Numbered from the whole stretch's first letter, positions 20,591-32,332 are shown. The stretch is 61,539 nucleotides of DNA, filler included, from Stramenopiles sp. TOSAG23-3 (GCA_900128585.1; 15 parts of 15 records of this genome joined end to end with filler, not necessarily neighbours in it), one strand, 5' to 3'. Program-made: numbers and translations. Notes: generated from the sequence alone by a model not told the origin.

Positions 20591-23566
20591 GTTCGCACTT
20601 TCCTCACGTTTTCTGTTTGACTCAGCCTCTTTTCCTTGCAAAAGGGCTTGTTTTAATTCATCTTCTGTTTTTTGTAGCTTTTCTTCCAATTCAGAAACCA
20701 CAGCACTATTTTTTGCAGAAACAACATCCAGTTTTTTAAAAGAATTTTGCAGTTCCGACGACTTTTGCTTGAGTTCAGCTTCCAGGGAAGCGATTTGGCG
20801 GTTCATTTCCTCCTTGTTTTCAGCAGATATGCTGTCTTCTGGATCACCCACTTGGACCGACACTTCGTTTGTTGATGGTCGCACTTGAGCATTATCAAGT
20901 GCCCTTTGAAGATTTTTAATTTTTGAATTTTTGGTGCTCTGTAAAGTTGCAAATGAGTCTTCGACTTCGTGTTGCTGAGTGAGTGCCAGATTCAACGACT
21001 CTTGGATATCGCACGTTTCGTCCTTTGCATTGCTCAACTCCATTTTAGCACATTGAAGTTCTCTTTTGAGCGATTCCAACATATCATTATTCTGCTGTGA
21101 GGATATTACCAGTCCCTCAATCTCTGACCGAGCTTGTACTCGTCGTTCGGACACCATCTTTTTCATTTGATCAAGGCCTTCCAGTTTTTTCTCCAGGAAA
21201 CTGTTTTGCGTAGATACATCAAATTTCATTGAATCTATCTCTTTCTTTAATCCATCGATTTCCGCCTTAAATTTGTCTGAGTTTTGATTTGCGGTAATCA
21301 ACATATCTGATAGAGATTCAATTTCAGCGTCTTTTTCAGAAAGATCCTTTTTGCTAATCGAGTCTTTTTTTTCTTGGGCCAGTTCAATGCTGATAGACTT
21401 ATTTTCATTTTCAAGCGTTGCAAACTTGCGGGTGAGATCACTGAGTTTTTTGTTTATCTCTTCAATTTCTGCATTTTTAGTGCCCGCGATTTCAGCCTGA
21501 GCATTTCTCACAGCCTTTTCACGCTCATGGACGAAACCCACATCCATTTCTACTTTCATTTTTTCATATTCGGCCCTCTGCTCAATGTTTTTCTTCTCAG
21601 AAAGTTCAAATGTTTTACTAAGCAAAACTATCTCTTGTTCAGCTGTTTCTGCGCGAGATGTCATCGCTTTCAATTGCTCCATTAAGGAATATTCTTTAGT
21701 CTGCTGCTTTGCAATCGCAGATCTCAAAGTTTCGACTTCGGCTGTACGCTTCTCTTCCGTTTCATGAAGTTGGGTTTCTAGACCATTGATCTTATCATCT
21801 TTTTTCGCTATGGTAGTTTTTGCAAAAGAGTGTGAATTGCGACGATTTATAGCAAGACTTTGCTTCAAGACATCTCCACCCACAGATGCTCGCCGCCGAC
21901 TTCTTGTTAGTTTGCGCGACTTCTTAATAATCAAAAAGTCCTCTTTGGGTCTTATGATTCCCAAACTTTCAATCGCCCCAGTCTCTTCTTCCTCATCTTC
22001 AAACTCGCTGTCATCATCTTCAACAATGCCTGATAGTCCTGCCGACCCAGTCGAAATTTTTTCTCCCAGTAGATTCATGCCAGGAGTGACAGTATTTTCA
22101 CCGGGACACCATGTCTCTCGTTTTTTCCGCCTCAAAGACCGGGAAGATGTTTTTTTTATTGTCTTTTTTGTACAGTCGACACCGAGAGGTGCAGCAGAAG
22201 TCGTGCCGCCGGCGATCATTAGTGCTGCAACTTCTTTCATTCGTTGCAGCCTACTCATGGCTTCTTCCTTCTCTTTCTCGATTTTTTCGTTTTGGTTGCG
22301 CAAACTTACATTTTCGTCTTGCATTCTTTCGGCGTCATTGCTGCTAACTCCCCCCTTTTGTTTTCGTAGCATGTATAACTCCTTCTTTAATCTTTTTATC
22401 ATGGAGGCATCGTCCAAGACTTCATTCACACTAGTACGAGTTGTCAGCGTTTTCGCACTGCTAGCAAATCGAAGGGTGCTTCGTGTCTCGTCCAAATGTG
22501 CACCCGCAGGGGTAACGCAGCAAATAACAGCAGTCTTGCAGTTGCCTACCAAAGATGGCTGAAGTATTCGGGTTAATTTACTATCACGAAAACGTACATG
22601 CACCTCTTTGCCCTTTGCACTGGCAAGTGTTTTAATGACCCCGGACAAGGTTAGCAAACTCTTGTTGATGTTGCCCCCTTCCCGCAAGGTTTTCCCTGAT
22701 GCGCCTGTGTTTCTCGCATTTTCGGACCCTGCGAGGTCCACAAGGCTTAGCGTTCCCATCAAAACAGCGCCATCTAGCTCCAACGATAACGATTCTACTG
22801 AGCTTTCTGATAATCTTCTATCGTCGTCTTTGGGCTCTGCCTTTTTCTTGCTTTCCACAGTGATACGAAATATGGTGTGGGATCGGCTACTTCGGTCGTT
22901 CATGTTCGTCGAGGCAACGTGGCGGTTCTTATTTCCAAGCGCAAATGTTGCCATCATTTCCTCAAACGATCCAATGATTTTCTCTTCTGCTTCAACGTAC
23001 ACACCCTTTGCCCTTGACTCTCGAATGCGAACGGGACCTTTTGCAGGGTTAAAGAGGTCAGTCACGACTTCGTTGTAGATCTCAACGAAAGAAACCCGCA
23101 AAAGGAACTCTTTGTCGTCCGACTGCCCTGCTATAGTATCAAAAATATGACTCCCCGACAACGGAAGCAAACCTGGAAACGTCCCATTCTCATCTCCATT
23201 CATGGTAAAGGTTTTCCCAGATGAGGTTTGCCCATACGCAAAAATAGTCCCGTTAATCCCGTTCATGCATGAGCTCACAACGCCTTTTGCGACCTGGTCA
23301 AAAATTTGCTCCGTCGACGACTCCGTACCAAACACGTTGTCGAAGTCAAGGGTTGTCTTTGGTCGTAGCCTTCCTGTCTTTGTACACTCGGTGATAGAAT
23401 TTTTTTCACTCGATATACCTTCAAATGCAGACGGATCACTCGTTTCTCTGGAATTAAGTGGTCGTATACGGATGGAGACACTGATTTTTTCATCAGACTC
23501 AGCCTTCTTGCTCTTTTTTGCAGCCTTCGTATTGGCCGGCGCCGGAGATTTGCTCACCACTTCCAT
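20591..23566 (-). CDS. CENPE: Kinesin-7 / CENP-E-like motor, 3'-truncated
   Basis: NGTIFAYGQTSSGKTFTM, NDRSSRSH, LVDLAGSE, RDSKLTRILQPSL; post-motor KRETWCPG resembles the CENP-E RRVTWC phospho-motif; long coiled coil. Confidence 0.88.
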
Positions 23567-24963
23567 AGTTGTAGTACGACTAGTTGATTGAATCAGATTC
23601 TTTTAGTAGTTGTGTTCTGTTGTCTTTATCCTATATCAAAATAGACGAAAACAAACAAAAATAAGTTTAAGGCAAACTAAATAAACAATTTAAATGCACT
23701 TAAACCCATCGATTGTGCATGGTACTTTAAATAACTTTCCTTTCTTTCTATTCTAAACTTCATGAAAAGAGTAAGTGACTGTGGGTTGAGGATTGGATTG
23801 CTGTCTACAATACATACCGTACAACAACAAGATTGTATTTTTTTCTTTATTTAATATAAAAAAAAAATAATAATAATTATTATTTGTTGTATTAATATTG
23901 GTGGTGGTTGCATGTCGTTAGCTTATCTATCGTAGGGTACTTTCCTCCATCCTCCATCTCGTTCGTCGCCTCTCTCTCCTCTTCTTCACCTTTTTAATAC
24001 TGGTGCCAAATAGTGCTTCGTCTAGCAAGTCGTCTACTAAAAATCAAAAAATTAGTAGCAACACACTACACTGTGAACAAGCAAGAAAAATAAAAAAAAA
24101 AAAGGAAGAAGAGACAAATAAAAAAGACAGGAACGCAGTAACTATTAAACTTCTGAAAAGAAAAAAAATATTATTTGCGCAATTTCTAATTTGTCCATTT
24201 CCTATACTGTGCCTATGTATATTAATTTAATCCAATTACAAAAAATTCCTTCCTTCAACGTTCATTGAAATAATTCAATCCTAAAACCATGTTAATCTAA
24301 TTATATACTTTATTATATACTAATATAAACACCTATATATATTAGTTAATATAATATTATACAATACTAATCATGTAATTTGGTTTACCTAGTTAATTTA
24401 CTACGTAATATTCATATTCTTATTTTTCTTCGAAACAAATAACGGTTCCGATGCTCGATTAGCTGCTGTTTGCCTTATTTTCAAAAAGTAAAACTTTGCA
24501 ACTGCCAATATCTATTATTTGATCACTTTTAGTAATAAAATTTGAAAATAAAATATTTTTTAATATAGACACAATAAGAGAAAGAAGAGAAGAAAGACTT
24601 AACANNNNNNNNNNNNNNNNNNNNNNNNNNNNNNNNNNNNNNNNNNNNTTAATTAATTAANNNNNNNNNNNNNNNNNNNNNNNNNNNNNNNNNNNNNNNN
24701 NNNNTTCTTCTTCTTCTTCTTCTTCTTCTTCTTTTTAGTCTCTATTATTACCTCAACAACTATTTTTTTATTTATTATATTACTCAACCGGCCTGGACAG
24801 TAATTGAAATCACGCGAAGAAGAAGAAAGAATAAATACAACGAACCCTTATTCGACAAGCAAATGTTTCTATTTTCAGGACAGAAAATTTTGCGTGTTTG
24901 TGGTGGCAGAAAACCTTGGCGGAGTTGGATTGAAAACAATAGACAGCGTTTGCGGTTTATTCC

Positions 24964-25815
24964 ATGTCGAACCAAATTGTGAGTCGCCCTTTGCCCAGTA
25001 ATGTATACTTTCAGATAGAGGATTATTGCAGGAAACGGCTGAAAATATTGCAGCCTATATCAAAGGCGGACATACAGAGTATGGGTTTGAGTGGTATCCC
25101 TTTCAACACAGTGCTTTCCATAATGTCCCAAACGTACCAAGAGTATTGCAAGTCGGTGTCTGCCATGTCAAAAGACCCGAAGAAAGTGGATCAGGTCACG
25201 AAAGAGTTTGCACGTGGCCGCCGCAGCGTTTTTGAAATAGCACTATCTGTACAATACCCAGCGTATTTGGTATGCAAAATGATCATCGATGGAATGTACG
25301 GGTTAAAGCAGGACAAAGAGAGGATTAAAGAATACAGCAAACAGCCTTGGTTGATCCCCGACGACAGGTTGAGGGAAGAAACTACCCACTGGTACAATCA
25401 CGATGTTTTCAGCTCTCCCTTCATCGACCGGTTGAAAAATGTTACGGGGCAGGAGTACGAGTTTGTGATGTTATCTAAATTGCGCGCCCGTGGCATAACG
25501 TTTAAAACAGAGGAAGATTTGAAGATAGAAGGCGCTGAAAAAACACCGGATGCGTTGGTTACAGTGCCGTTTTGTGTTCGAAGAGCCGGCGACATCCACA
25601 GAACTCATACGGTCAATTGGATAGACAGCAAAGCAATGTTTGGGGACGAAAAGCAGCACAAGAAAAATATGGATCAATTCACTTCCTACACATCACGGTA
25701 TGGACCTGGAATGGTGATATATTGGTTTGGTTTTCAGGACGTTTTAGCAGACATGGACGATGACATTTTAGTCGTTGGGGATTTTCCACGTCAAGAGAAT
25801 CTTCTATTTATTTGA
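24964..25815 (+). CDS. CDIN1: CDAN1-interacting nuclease 1 (C15orf41, TPD domain) homolog
   Basis: GQEYE, F.TEEDL, KTPD, WIDSKAMFGD, Y.SRYGPGMVIYWFGF. Confidence 0.9.
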   Translation: MSNQIVSRPLPSNVYFQIEDYCRKRLKILQPISKADIQSMGLSGIPFNTVLSIMSQTYQEYCKSVSAMSKDPKKVDQVTKEFARGRRSVFEIALSVQYPAYLVCKMIIDGMYGLKQDKERIKEYSKQPWLIPDDRLREETTHWYNHDVFSSPFIDRLKNVTGQEYEFVMLSKLRARGITFKTEEDLKIEGAEKTPDALVTVPFCVRRAGDIHRTHTVNWIDSKAMFGDEKQHKKNMDQFTSYTSRYGPGMVIYWFGFQDVLADMDDDILVVGDFPRQENLLFI

Positions 25816-25886
25816 ATTGTGTGGGTTTAGAAATGTCTCTCTTTGTGTGAGTGTATTTTAATTGTATATATTGAGCTTATAAGGAA

Positions 25887-25961
25887 GCTAAATTTAAAAA
25901 CAAGAAAATTGGCTGTGTGCTAAATTTAATTACTTAAATTACAGCCAATTTTCTTGTTTTC
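25887..25961. repeat. Two oppositely oriented copies of the conserved downstream element forming a perfect 20-bp inverted repeat
   Basis: aaaacaagaaaattggctgt (25897-25916) / acagccaattttcttgtttt (25941-25960), between convergent genes. Confidence 0.88.
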
Positions 25962-26110
25962 AAATTCTTATCAACTTACAAGATTATGTTCAAGAAATAC
26001 GAACTCTTGATGTATCATTAATACATCCTTTCTCTATTTGCACTTTCGTATCTAGGGCTGTAGCATAAAACATCACCAACGTCGGGTATTGTTACAAATG
26101 TTTGATGAGC

Positions 26111-27877
26111 TCAGTCCCACTCTTTGATGGCATGCGATGGTATGCTGTACAGCGCGTCAGTTCGTATGATATACTTTACACCTCGTTCGCAGAAGCACCC
26201 TTCGTGCACTAAACTTGCAGCCAGTCCGTGGGGAAACACGAGCACAGAACCCTGCCTAGGCTCCACGGTATGAGCATCAATCGTCCCAACCTTACTGGAC
26301 GGGGTGTAAAAAGCTGTCCCGCCTCCCGCGAAATCATCGTTCAGATAAACTAGGAACGTCAGTTTACTCCAGCGGTCCCCAAAATAATCGTACACGTACT
26401 CTCCATTGTGGATTCCACTGCCGGCCCAGGACCCGTCAATATGGGGACGGTAGATCGCCCCTGGCTGGTAGCGGTAGAGGCGCAACCGTTCGTTCAAACC
26501 CACCAAACGCTGCTCCCCCTCGCCCCCCAACCATTCCGGCAAGTGTTTTTTTGTACGGTCATACAACTTTCCACTAATGATCTTTGAAAGCAAGACAAAG
26601 TTCGCAGCGCGAGGCGCGAAGCCTTCAGGTGGGGGAGCTGACGTCAAGGGTTCGTCTGGGACATACCCCTTTGGCGAGGACTCTGCAAGAGAAATTATTT
26701 GTTCACACTCCTCCGCGGACAGCACGTTCGAGACAAATATGGCACCTGGCACAGATGGAACTTGGTAATGCTTTTGCGCATTTTGTTCATCGAGCAACGG
26801 GTTAAACTTTACCAACCGTTTCGAGGCCTGGTAAATTTCTAAATCATACCGATTCCTTGGACGGCGATGGGCACCCTTCTGAAAAAATACACGATTGTAA
26901 TCAACGCCCTGCTGTATTTTCATGTCTTGGCGAAAGCGCTTCAACCGTTCTTCGCGACTGCAGGTACCGCACTCCCCCATATACCGCGGTTGTGCAGCGT
27001 TGTCCTGCGCTTCCAAGTATTTTATTTCTGAAGGGTCCGTTGGCACCTCCGCGGCTCGGGGAATAACACTCAAAGGCTTGTGGCGCCGAACACCGCCTTT
27101 TTGGAATCCAAGACCGTCTTCACCGCTCTCCGGCTCGCCCTTTTTCCAAGCCCATTCGATCGGTTGCAACCGCATGATGCCGTCCAAGAGCTCCACGGCA
27201 TCCTTTGACTGCAGCCCGGCGAAGTCATTTTCATTCATGCAGTCTCGGACCCAGCGTTGCAACGCACCAAGCTTTGGCGGATGGCGCGAACTTCGCATAT
27301 CACTCAGCAAACGAAGGGCATCTTTCTGCCGGCCGTCACGAAAAGCACACGAACACTGGGCGCTCAGGCTGCTGCTAGTTTCTTCTATCAGGCTCAGCAC
27401 GAAAGGGTGCAGAGCAGTGCGAAGTCGTTTGTAAGATTTTCCTTCCAAGGACGGTAGACTTCTCAGTTTATCTACGGTTTCTACGTGCAAACTAATCTCA
27501 CCGCTCTCTCCGCTAAAAATCTCCGACAATGCATCCAGGCTTTCTTCAGTCGTCAGAACAAAGTCCATAAGTGCTCTCTTCTTTTCAAGTTCCGACGACC
27601 GCTGTTTCTTTCGCTCCTTTTTTGTTACCTTTCCTCTCTTTTCTAATAACGCGGCCAGCAGCGGCCGTAGCCTTCGTCGCAACGGTTTTAAAGGCTCAGA
27701 ATAAAACACATTCCTCTCTTCCAAGGGGTTTACTTGAGACAGAAAACTGCAAAGTTCATTTACCCCGTGTAGTACACTCTGGTTAGCGCAATGCGCACCA
27801 CTCGCGACATCGATCGATACGGAACGCTGTTGTTCGTCCCGTTTTCGCTTCCTAAGTGCCTTGCTTCGTTTTCCCAT
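26111..27877 (-). CDS. 2-oxoglutarate/Fe(II)-dependent dioxygenase (prolyl 4-hydroxylase-like) with N-terminal extension
   Basis: LNERLRLYRY, HxD (PHIDG), TFLVYLN, GGGTAF, HEG, KYIIRTD; ATG at 27877 (MGKRSK). Confidence 0.88.
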   Translation of the reverse strand: MGKRSKALRKRKRDEQQRSVSIDVASGAHCANQSVLHGVNELCSFLSQVNPLEERNVFYSEPLKPLRRRLRPLLAALLEKRGKVTKKERKKQRSSELEKKRALMDFVLTTEESLDALSEIFSGESGEISLHVETVDKLRSLPSLEGKSYKRLRTALHPFVLSLIEETSSSLSAQCSCAFRDGRQKDALRLLSDMRSSRHPPKLGALQRWVRDCMNENDFAGLQSKDAVELLDGIMRLQPIEWAWKKGEPESGEDGLGFQKGGVRRHKPLSVIPRAAEVPTDPSEIKYLEAQDNAAQPRYMGECGTCSREERLKRFRQDMKIQQGVDYNRVFFQKGAHRRPRNRYDLEIYQASKRLVKFNPLLDEQNAQKHYQVPSVPGAIFVSNVLSAEECEQIISLAESSPKGYVPDEPLTSAPPPEGFAPRAANFVLLSKIISGKLYDRTKKHLPEWLGGEGEQRLVGLNERLRLYRYQPGAIYRPHIDGSWAGSGIHNGEYVYDYFGDRWSKLTFLVYLNDDFAGGGTAFYTPSSKVGTIDAHTVEPRQGSVLVFPHGLAASLVHEGCFCERGVKYIIRTDALYSIPSHAIKEWD

Positions 27878-28818
27878 TTCGAACCGTTTCAACCCGCCGC
27901 CAACGCAGCAAGCGTTCAATGCAACAACGTCGGCAGAAGAAAAAAAACAATGAGTGCCCAGGCTAGGTAGAGGCAATCCAAATAAATTCCGAAAGAGGGG
28001 GCAGAAATTAGCTAGTAAAAATAGATTGTAATTAGTTGATTATTTACTTACTTACGAGATCGTCATTATACTATATATTGTGCATCAAGCACATTTTTTT
28101 CTTTCTTTATTTTTCGGTTCTTCTTTCGTTCGTTCGTTCGTTCGTCGGGGGGGGGGGGGGGGGGGGGTTGTATTCCTTATTTTTTTTCTAGCTTAATAAT
28201 TATTTTAAAAAATTATATAGAAGAATAGAATTAATAATAAATATACCGTAGCTGATCGCACATCGTCTCCTCTTCTTCTTCTTCTCATGATATTATATGT
28301 ATGTACATAAAAATACCCACAGCAGCAAGAACGGAATCACACCGTACATCATAGTAGTACTATTTTATAAAAATGCTATTTTTTCTTTTATATTTTTTGG
28401 GTTTCTTCTTCTTCTTCTTCTTCTTCTCTTCCTCTCTTTCTTCGTTGTTTTTCTTCTTCTTTTTTTTCTTCTTATCGGTTACCGTAATAATAATAATAAG
28501 TACTCTTCAACTTATTACCACACCTATGCTATCCCTATGTATTCATACTGCTTCTTCAGTTATTTCTTCTTCTTTATTATTCTGGTGTGGTGCCCGACCG
28601 TGCAGTGCGACCAAAAATATTATACCGACAACCGTTACTGATTGATAACCTGTTCGCTACTTGCAAGTGCCCAGAAAATAGCACAACTTACGATTGCCCC
28701 CCCCCCCCCCCCCCCCCNNNNNNNNNNNNNNNNNNNNNNNNNNNNNNNNNNNNNNNNNNNNTTAATTAATTAANNNNNNNNNNNNNNNNNNNNNNNNNNN
28801 NNNNNNNNNNNNNNNNNG

Positions 28819-29247
28819 ACCAACTACGAGGCCCAGCAGGCGGGGGAACAGGTTGGGTACGGCCGAAAGGCGAAGAATGGGAGTGGCGTTCGCCGGGTCA
28901 AACCGTTCTACGAAAAGTCGTTGAAGGGCCGCCGCCCAGGCGTGGAGCACGATTTCGGCCCATTGGAATCGTCGTCGACGAACTACCACACGTCCGGGAA
29001 CGCTGGAAACATCATTTCCCACGACCCGGAGCCGGTCATGTCATTCGCGGGGGGGAAAGGGTACCGCGGGTCTCACAACATGTTGAAGAACCTAGGCGAT
29101 TCCATCGCACAGAAATTCATCGCGGAGGGCAAGCTTCCGAAAGAAAAGCAATCCTTTCGCACGACATCGTTGAACACCTTGCGATTCGAGAACCACGCAA
29201 ATACCTCGATGCCTGGGTACACTGGAAAAACCAGACTCATTCGTTAA
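28819..29247 (+). CDS. 3' fragment of hypothetical protein ending in a PGYTG motif (possibly ciliary microtubule-binding type)
   Basis: Frame open from the contig start (TNYEAQQAGEQ...) to TAA at 29247. Confidence 0.55.
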   Translation, partial: TNYEAQQAGEQVGYGRKAKNGSGVRRVKPFYEKSLKGRRPGVEHDFGPLESSSTNYHTSGNAGNIISHDPEPVMSFAGGKGYRGSHNMLKNLGDSIAQKFIAEGKLPKEKQSFRTTSLNTLRFENHANTSMPGYTGKTRLIR

Positions 29248-29452
29248 ATTTAATTTTGTTCGAAGTGGGCAGGGGTGTTTTCAAATCTAGAACATGCCGT
29301 ATGTGGGCGAATTCGTTAATTGCTTAAGTCTAAATTTATATTTTGTAAAAGGAGATATTATATATATATTTTTTTTTTAATTAAATGTTACACACCCTGT
29401 TTTAAGAGTTAAACGAGTTAATTTGTTCGAAAATACGCGAGTACATTCGTTT

Positions 29453-32332
29453 TTAACGTTGTGCCAAAATATAAACGAAGGTATACTTTCCAGATTGCAA
29501 CGCCAAATCGACAAGTGTCGTATCAACAGCATTTGGCAGAACACCCATGACTTCGGAGCTTAAAATATTTATCCCACTTTCGACAACGCCATGAATCCCT
29601 TCCGACGCATACAATTGGAGTCGCGCCTTTGTATTGGGAGGGATTGTAACATTCAAGTGGACGGTCGCATTGGAAGATACATCCCAAGCTATGTGCACGG
29701 GGCCGAAACCTGCATTTATTTCTGCTGACGACCAAGATAAATTGCTTGTACCAACAGCGGGGCGTAACAGCATCTCTTGCATGCCTGGTATATTGGGCGG
29801 AGATTGTATGCCACCTAGTGTGCTCTGGAAAAAACTCCCAATCCCATTATAACACCCATGCATTTGCGACGGCAAAAATCTAGATTTATTGGAAGCTGGG
29901 GTGGGCTGCACCACGTCCCAGGCCTCCGGCCATGTCTCATAACCACTCTGGATAAAGTAGCCATAGCCGGGGTATGTTGTTTGCGTTGACATGTTCACAA
30001 GCAAGTCCGCCCGACCCATTTCCATGAGAGTGCTTGTCAGCAACCATGTTCCGAACTGCCCTGTATCAAAGTGATTTGGGTTTCCGCTCACAGCACCTTG
30101 TGTAATTTCGTCCAATAAGTTTTTCTTTACTTCCTCCGCCACTTCGTCTGGCACAACACCACTCCAAAGTGGTAGAACATAGTGGGTCTGTCTCCCAAAC
30201 AAGTACGTATTGTTGTTGGTGTGAAAAAATTGCTTGTGGATAGCATCCCGGAGAACCTTCGCTTTGTCTTCCAAAGATATGCAATCACTGCGAGAACGGA
30301 AAAGCTGGCATGAACGTGCAACCGTTCGCAGCATATACAAGTAGAAGCAACTGTTAAAAAGCACTGCCTGACTAGTGTTGGAAAGCTCGCTTTTAGTCCC
30401 TCCTCCACCTTCCACAATGTGCGGCGTTAGCCAATCTCCTAAGAACCCCCAAAATCCGCCAAATGGTTGCAGTAAATTGGTTTCAGGAGATACATGATCC
30501 TCAAGTTTCTTTAAAAAATTAATTTGTACTGGCAGCGCAGCTTCCAAAGGTCTTGGGTCGCCGTAATAGAAAAACATACGCCAGGGAACTGTTATCACTG
30601 CCGCAAGCCAGGCAGGCCCTCCTCCGCCGTCGATAGTTGGTGCAGTGTGGGGTATAATCTCGCCCCATGTCGGTGGATCCCGACCATGCTTAGTGCAACC
30701 CCTTCCGCCGATGTCTTGGCAGATGTTTCCCATCAGCCCTACACTGTCAATCCAATCAATTGTCCTCTTTGAATAGAAACGCTCGCTACGGTAAGTATTC
30801 ATGGCAAATTCAATGGCGGTCTGCTCGGAGTCGCCATACCCCAACCGTTCCCGGTGCGGACAGTCTACCGTCATTCCGCCTGTGGTTAGCCCTTGAAATG
30901 TTGCGAGAGTATTCGTGTAAACTTTGGTAAGCATTTTACTGGAGCAGTTGAAGTGTCCACTGCGCTCTAAGCTCACTCCAACTTGCCAGCCTTTCGCAGA
31001 TACGATCGCATCGACATTGTACACGGTTACGTATTTTACTTCGTGGTAAGAAAATTTGGGCTCAAACGTTCCTTTGCCAGTTTTGTCAAATGTGTACTGG
31101 TGTTCCATATTCATCTCAATGGGCCGGATCGACCAGGTCGAACTCTGAATGATCGCTGTAGATCCAGGGATGCCTTGCATCTCCAGAACAATCCACCCCG
31201 CAAAAATGTTCTCCATTTCTAGGACGTACTTGCGTTTGGGCGGATCATGGCGATATTTTAAAACCTTTACCTCCGATAAGAGACGCGTTTCTGGTGACAA
31301 ATCTTCAGAAATTGTCGCATTTGTTACCTCTCGTTTTAAAGAAATCTTAGCACTTTGCCAACCACTATCGTCAAGTGAAGCGGAAGCCCAGTCTGCCAAG
31401 TGCCTCGATGCATTGAAATGATCCCCGCCGAAATTCGAATTTGTCCACTTTCCAATATGCTCGACGCTGCTGGTGTGCGCCTTCCAACCGCTTTCGGATC
31501 GACTAGTGCCAGCATGCTCCCCTGCCTCGTTCCCGTCTACCCAAAGCACCAGTGCAAATTGAGGTGTTCCTGACACGTTGTAGTCCATGACGGGATTGAC
31601 ACCTTCAAATTGAGCCCATCCTGGACCAGTCCAAGCACCCAACACATTTTCTCCGCTCCTTAACAAACCTGTTACATCGTAGGAATTCACAAGAACCCTT
31701 TTGCTCAAGACAGATACAGATGGTGAAAGCACCCTCTCGTCGACCTTTTTCCCGTTAACCCAAAGTTCATGGTACCCTACACTGGCGATATGCACGACTG
31801 CAAATGTTTTCGGGGGCGAGGAAAGATAGAAAGTCTTGCGAAACCAGGGGCAATCTGACGCCAGTGCGTTGGGCAAGCTTACCCAAGCATCAAGTTCCAA
31901 ATTGGAAGCGACAGAAAATTCTGCACGCGTTGACCAATTCCCTTGCGTCGGTACGCGCTGGTTGTGCCAGACAGCCATCAAACGGACCCGCCAAGAGTAC
32001 AAAACACCATTAGATAGGTGGCCACCGTACGAGACCAAACTTGAGCGGTTTGTAACCATTCTGCCAGACTCCCAGACAAGCGCCCCACTTACGTTGTTGT
32101 AGACTTGAATCTGGTAGCTGACTTGCTGTACCGCCCTTTTCTCTTTAAGCAACACAGGCAGCGTCACAGACCACGAGAACCTCGGGTTTGTGGTACCAAC
32201 TCCAAGCGGGCGTTGGGCCCCTTCCACCCTCAAGTCCGACGCATACGGGGCATCAATAAATGTTTCCTCTTTTCCCAGGACCCGACAGCTTGCAAACAAA
32301 ACCAAAGCAAGTAACACCAGAAAAGTGCTCAT
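29453..32332 (-). CDS. Secreted alpha-L-rhamnosidase, GH78
   Basis: Signal peptide; P.FSW/SYQIQV/WESG Fn3-like start; FRKTF, GYHELWVNG, TVDCPHRERLG, LGDW, TWPEAW, SQMHG. Confidence 0.92.
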   Translation of the reverse strand: MSTFLVLLALVLFASCRVLGKEETFIDAPYASDLRVEGAQRPLGVGTTNPRFSWSVTLPVLLKEKRAVQQVSYQIQVYNNVSGALVWESGRMVTNRSSLVSYGGHLSNGVLYSWRVRLMAVWHNQRVPTQGNWSTRAEFSVASNLELDAWVSLPNALASDCPWFRKTFYLSSPPKTFAVVHIASVGYHELWVNGKKVDERVLSPSVSVLSKRVLVNSYDVTGLLRSGENVLGAWTGPGWAQFEGVNPVMDYNVSGTPQFALVLWVDGNEAGEHAGTSRSESGWKAHTSSVEHIGKWTNSNFGGDHFNASRHLADWASASLDDSGWQSAKISLKREVTNATISEDLSPETRLLSEVKVLKYRHDPPKRKYVLEMENIFAGWIVLEMQGIPGSTAIIQSSTWSIRPIEMNMEHQYTFDKTGKGTFEPKFSYHEVKYVTVYNVDAIVSAKGWQVGVSLERSGHFNCSSKMLTKVYTNTLATFQGLTTGGMTVDCPHRERLGYGDSEQTAIEFAMNTYRSERFYSKRTIDWIDSVGLMGNICQDIGGRGCTKHGRDPPTWGEIIPHTAPTIDGGGGPAWLAAVITVPWRMFFYYGDPRPLEAALPVQINFLKKLEDHVSPETNLLQPFGGFWGFLGDWLTPHIVEGGGGTKSELSNTSQAVLFNSCFYLYMLRTVARSCQLFRSRSDCISLEDKAKVLRDAIHKQFFHTNNNTYLFGRQTHYVLPLWSGVVPDEVAEEVKKNLLDEITQGAVSGNPNHFDTGQFGTWLLTSTLMEMGRADLLVNMSTQTTYPGYGYFIQSGYETWPEAWDVVQPTPASNKSRFLPSQMHGCYNGIGSFFQSTLGGIQSPPNIPGMQEMLLRPAVGTSNLSWSSAEINAGFGPVHIAWDVSSNATVHLNVTIPPNTKARLQLYASEGIHGVVESGINILSSEVMGVLPNAVDTTLVDLALQSGKYTFVYILAQR

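Noticed and set aside
28147-28717. Long G and C homopolymers (28147, 28697; also 4010)
   Set aside because: Typical sequencing or assembly break points; length unreliable.
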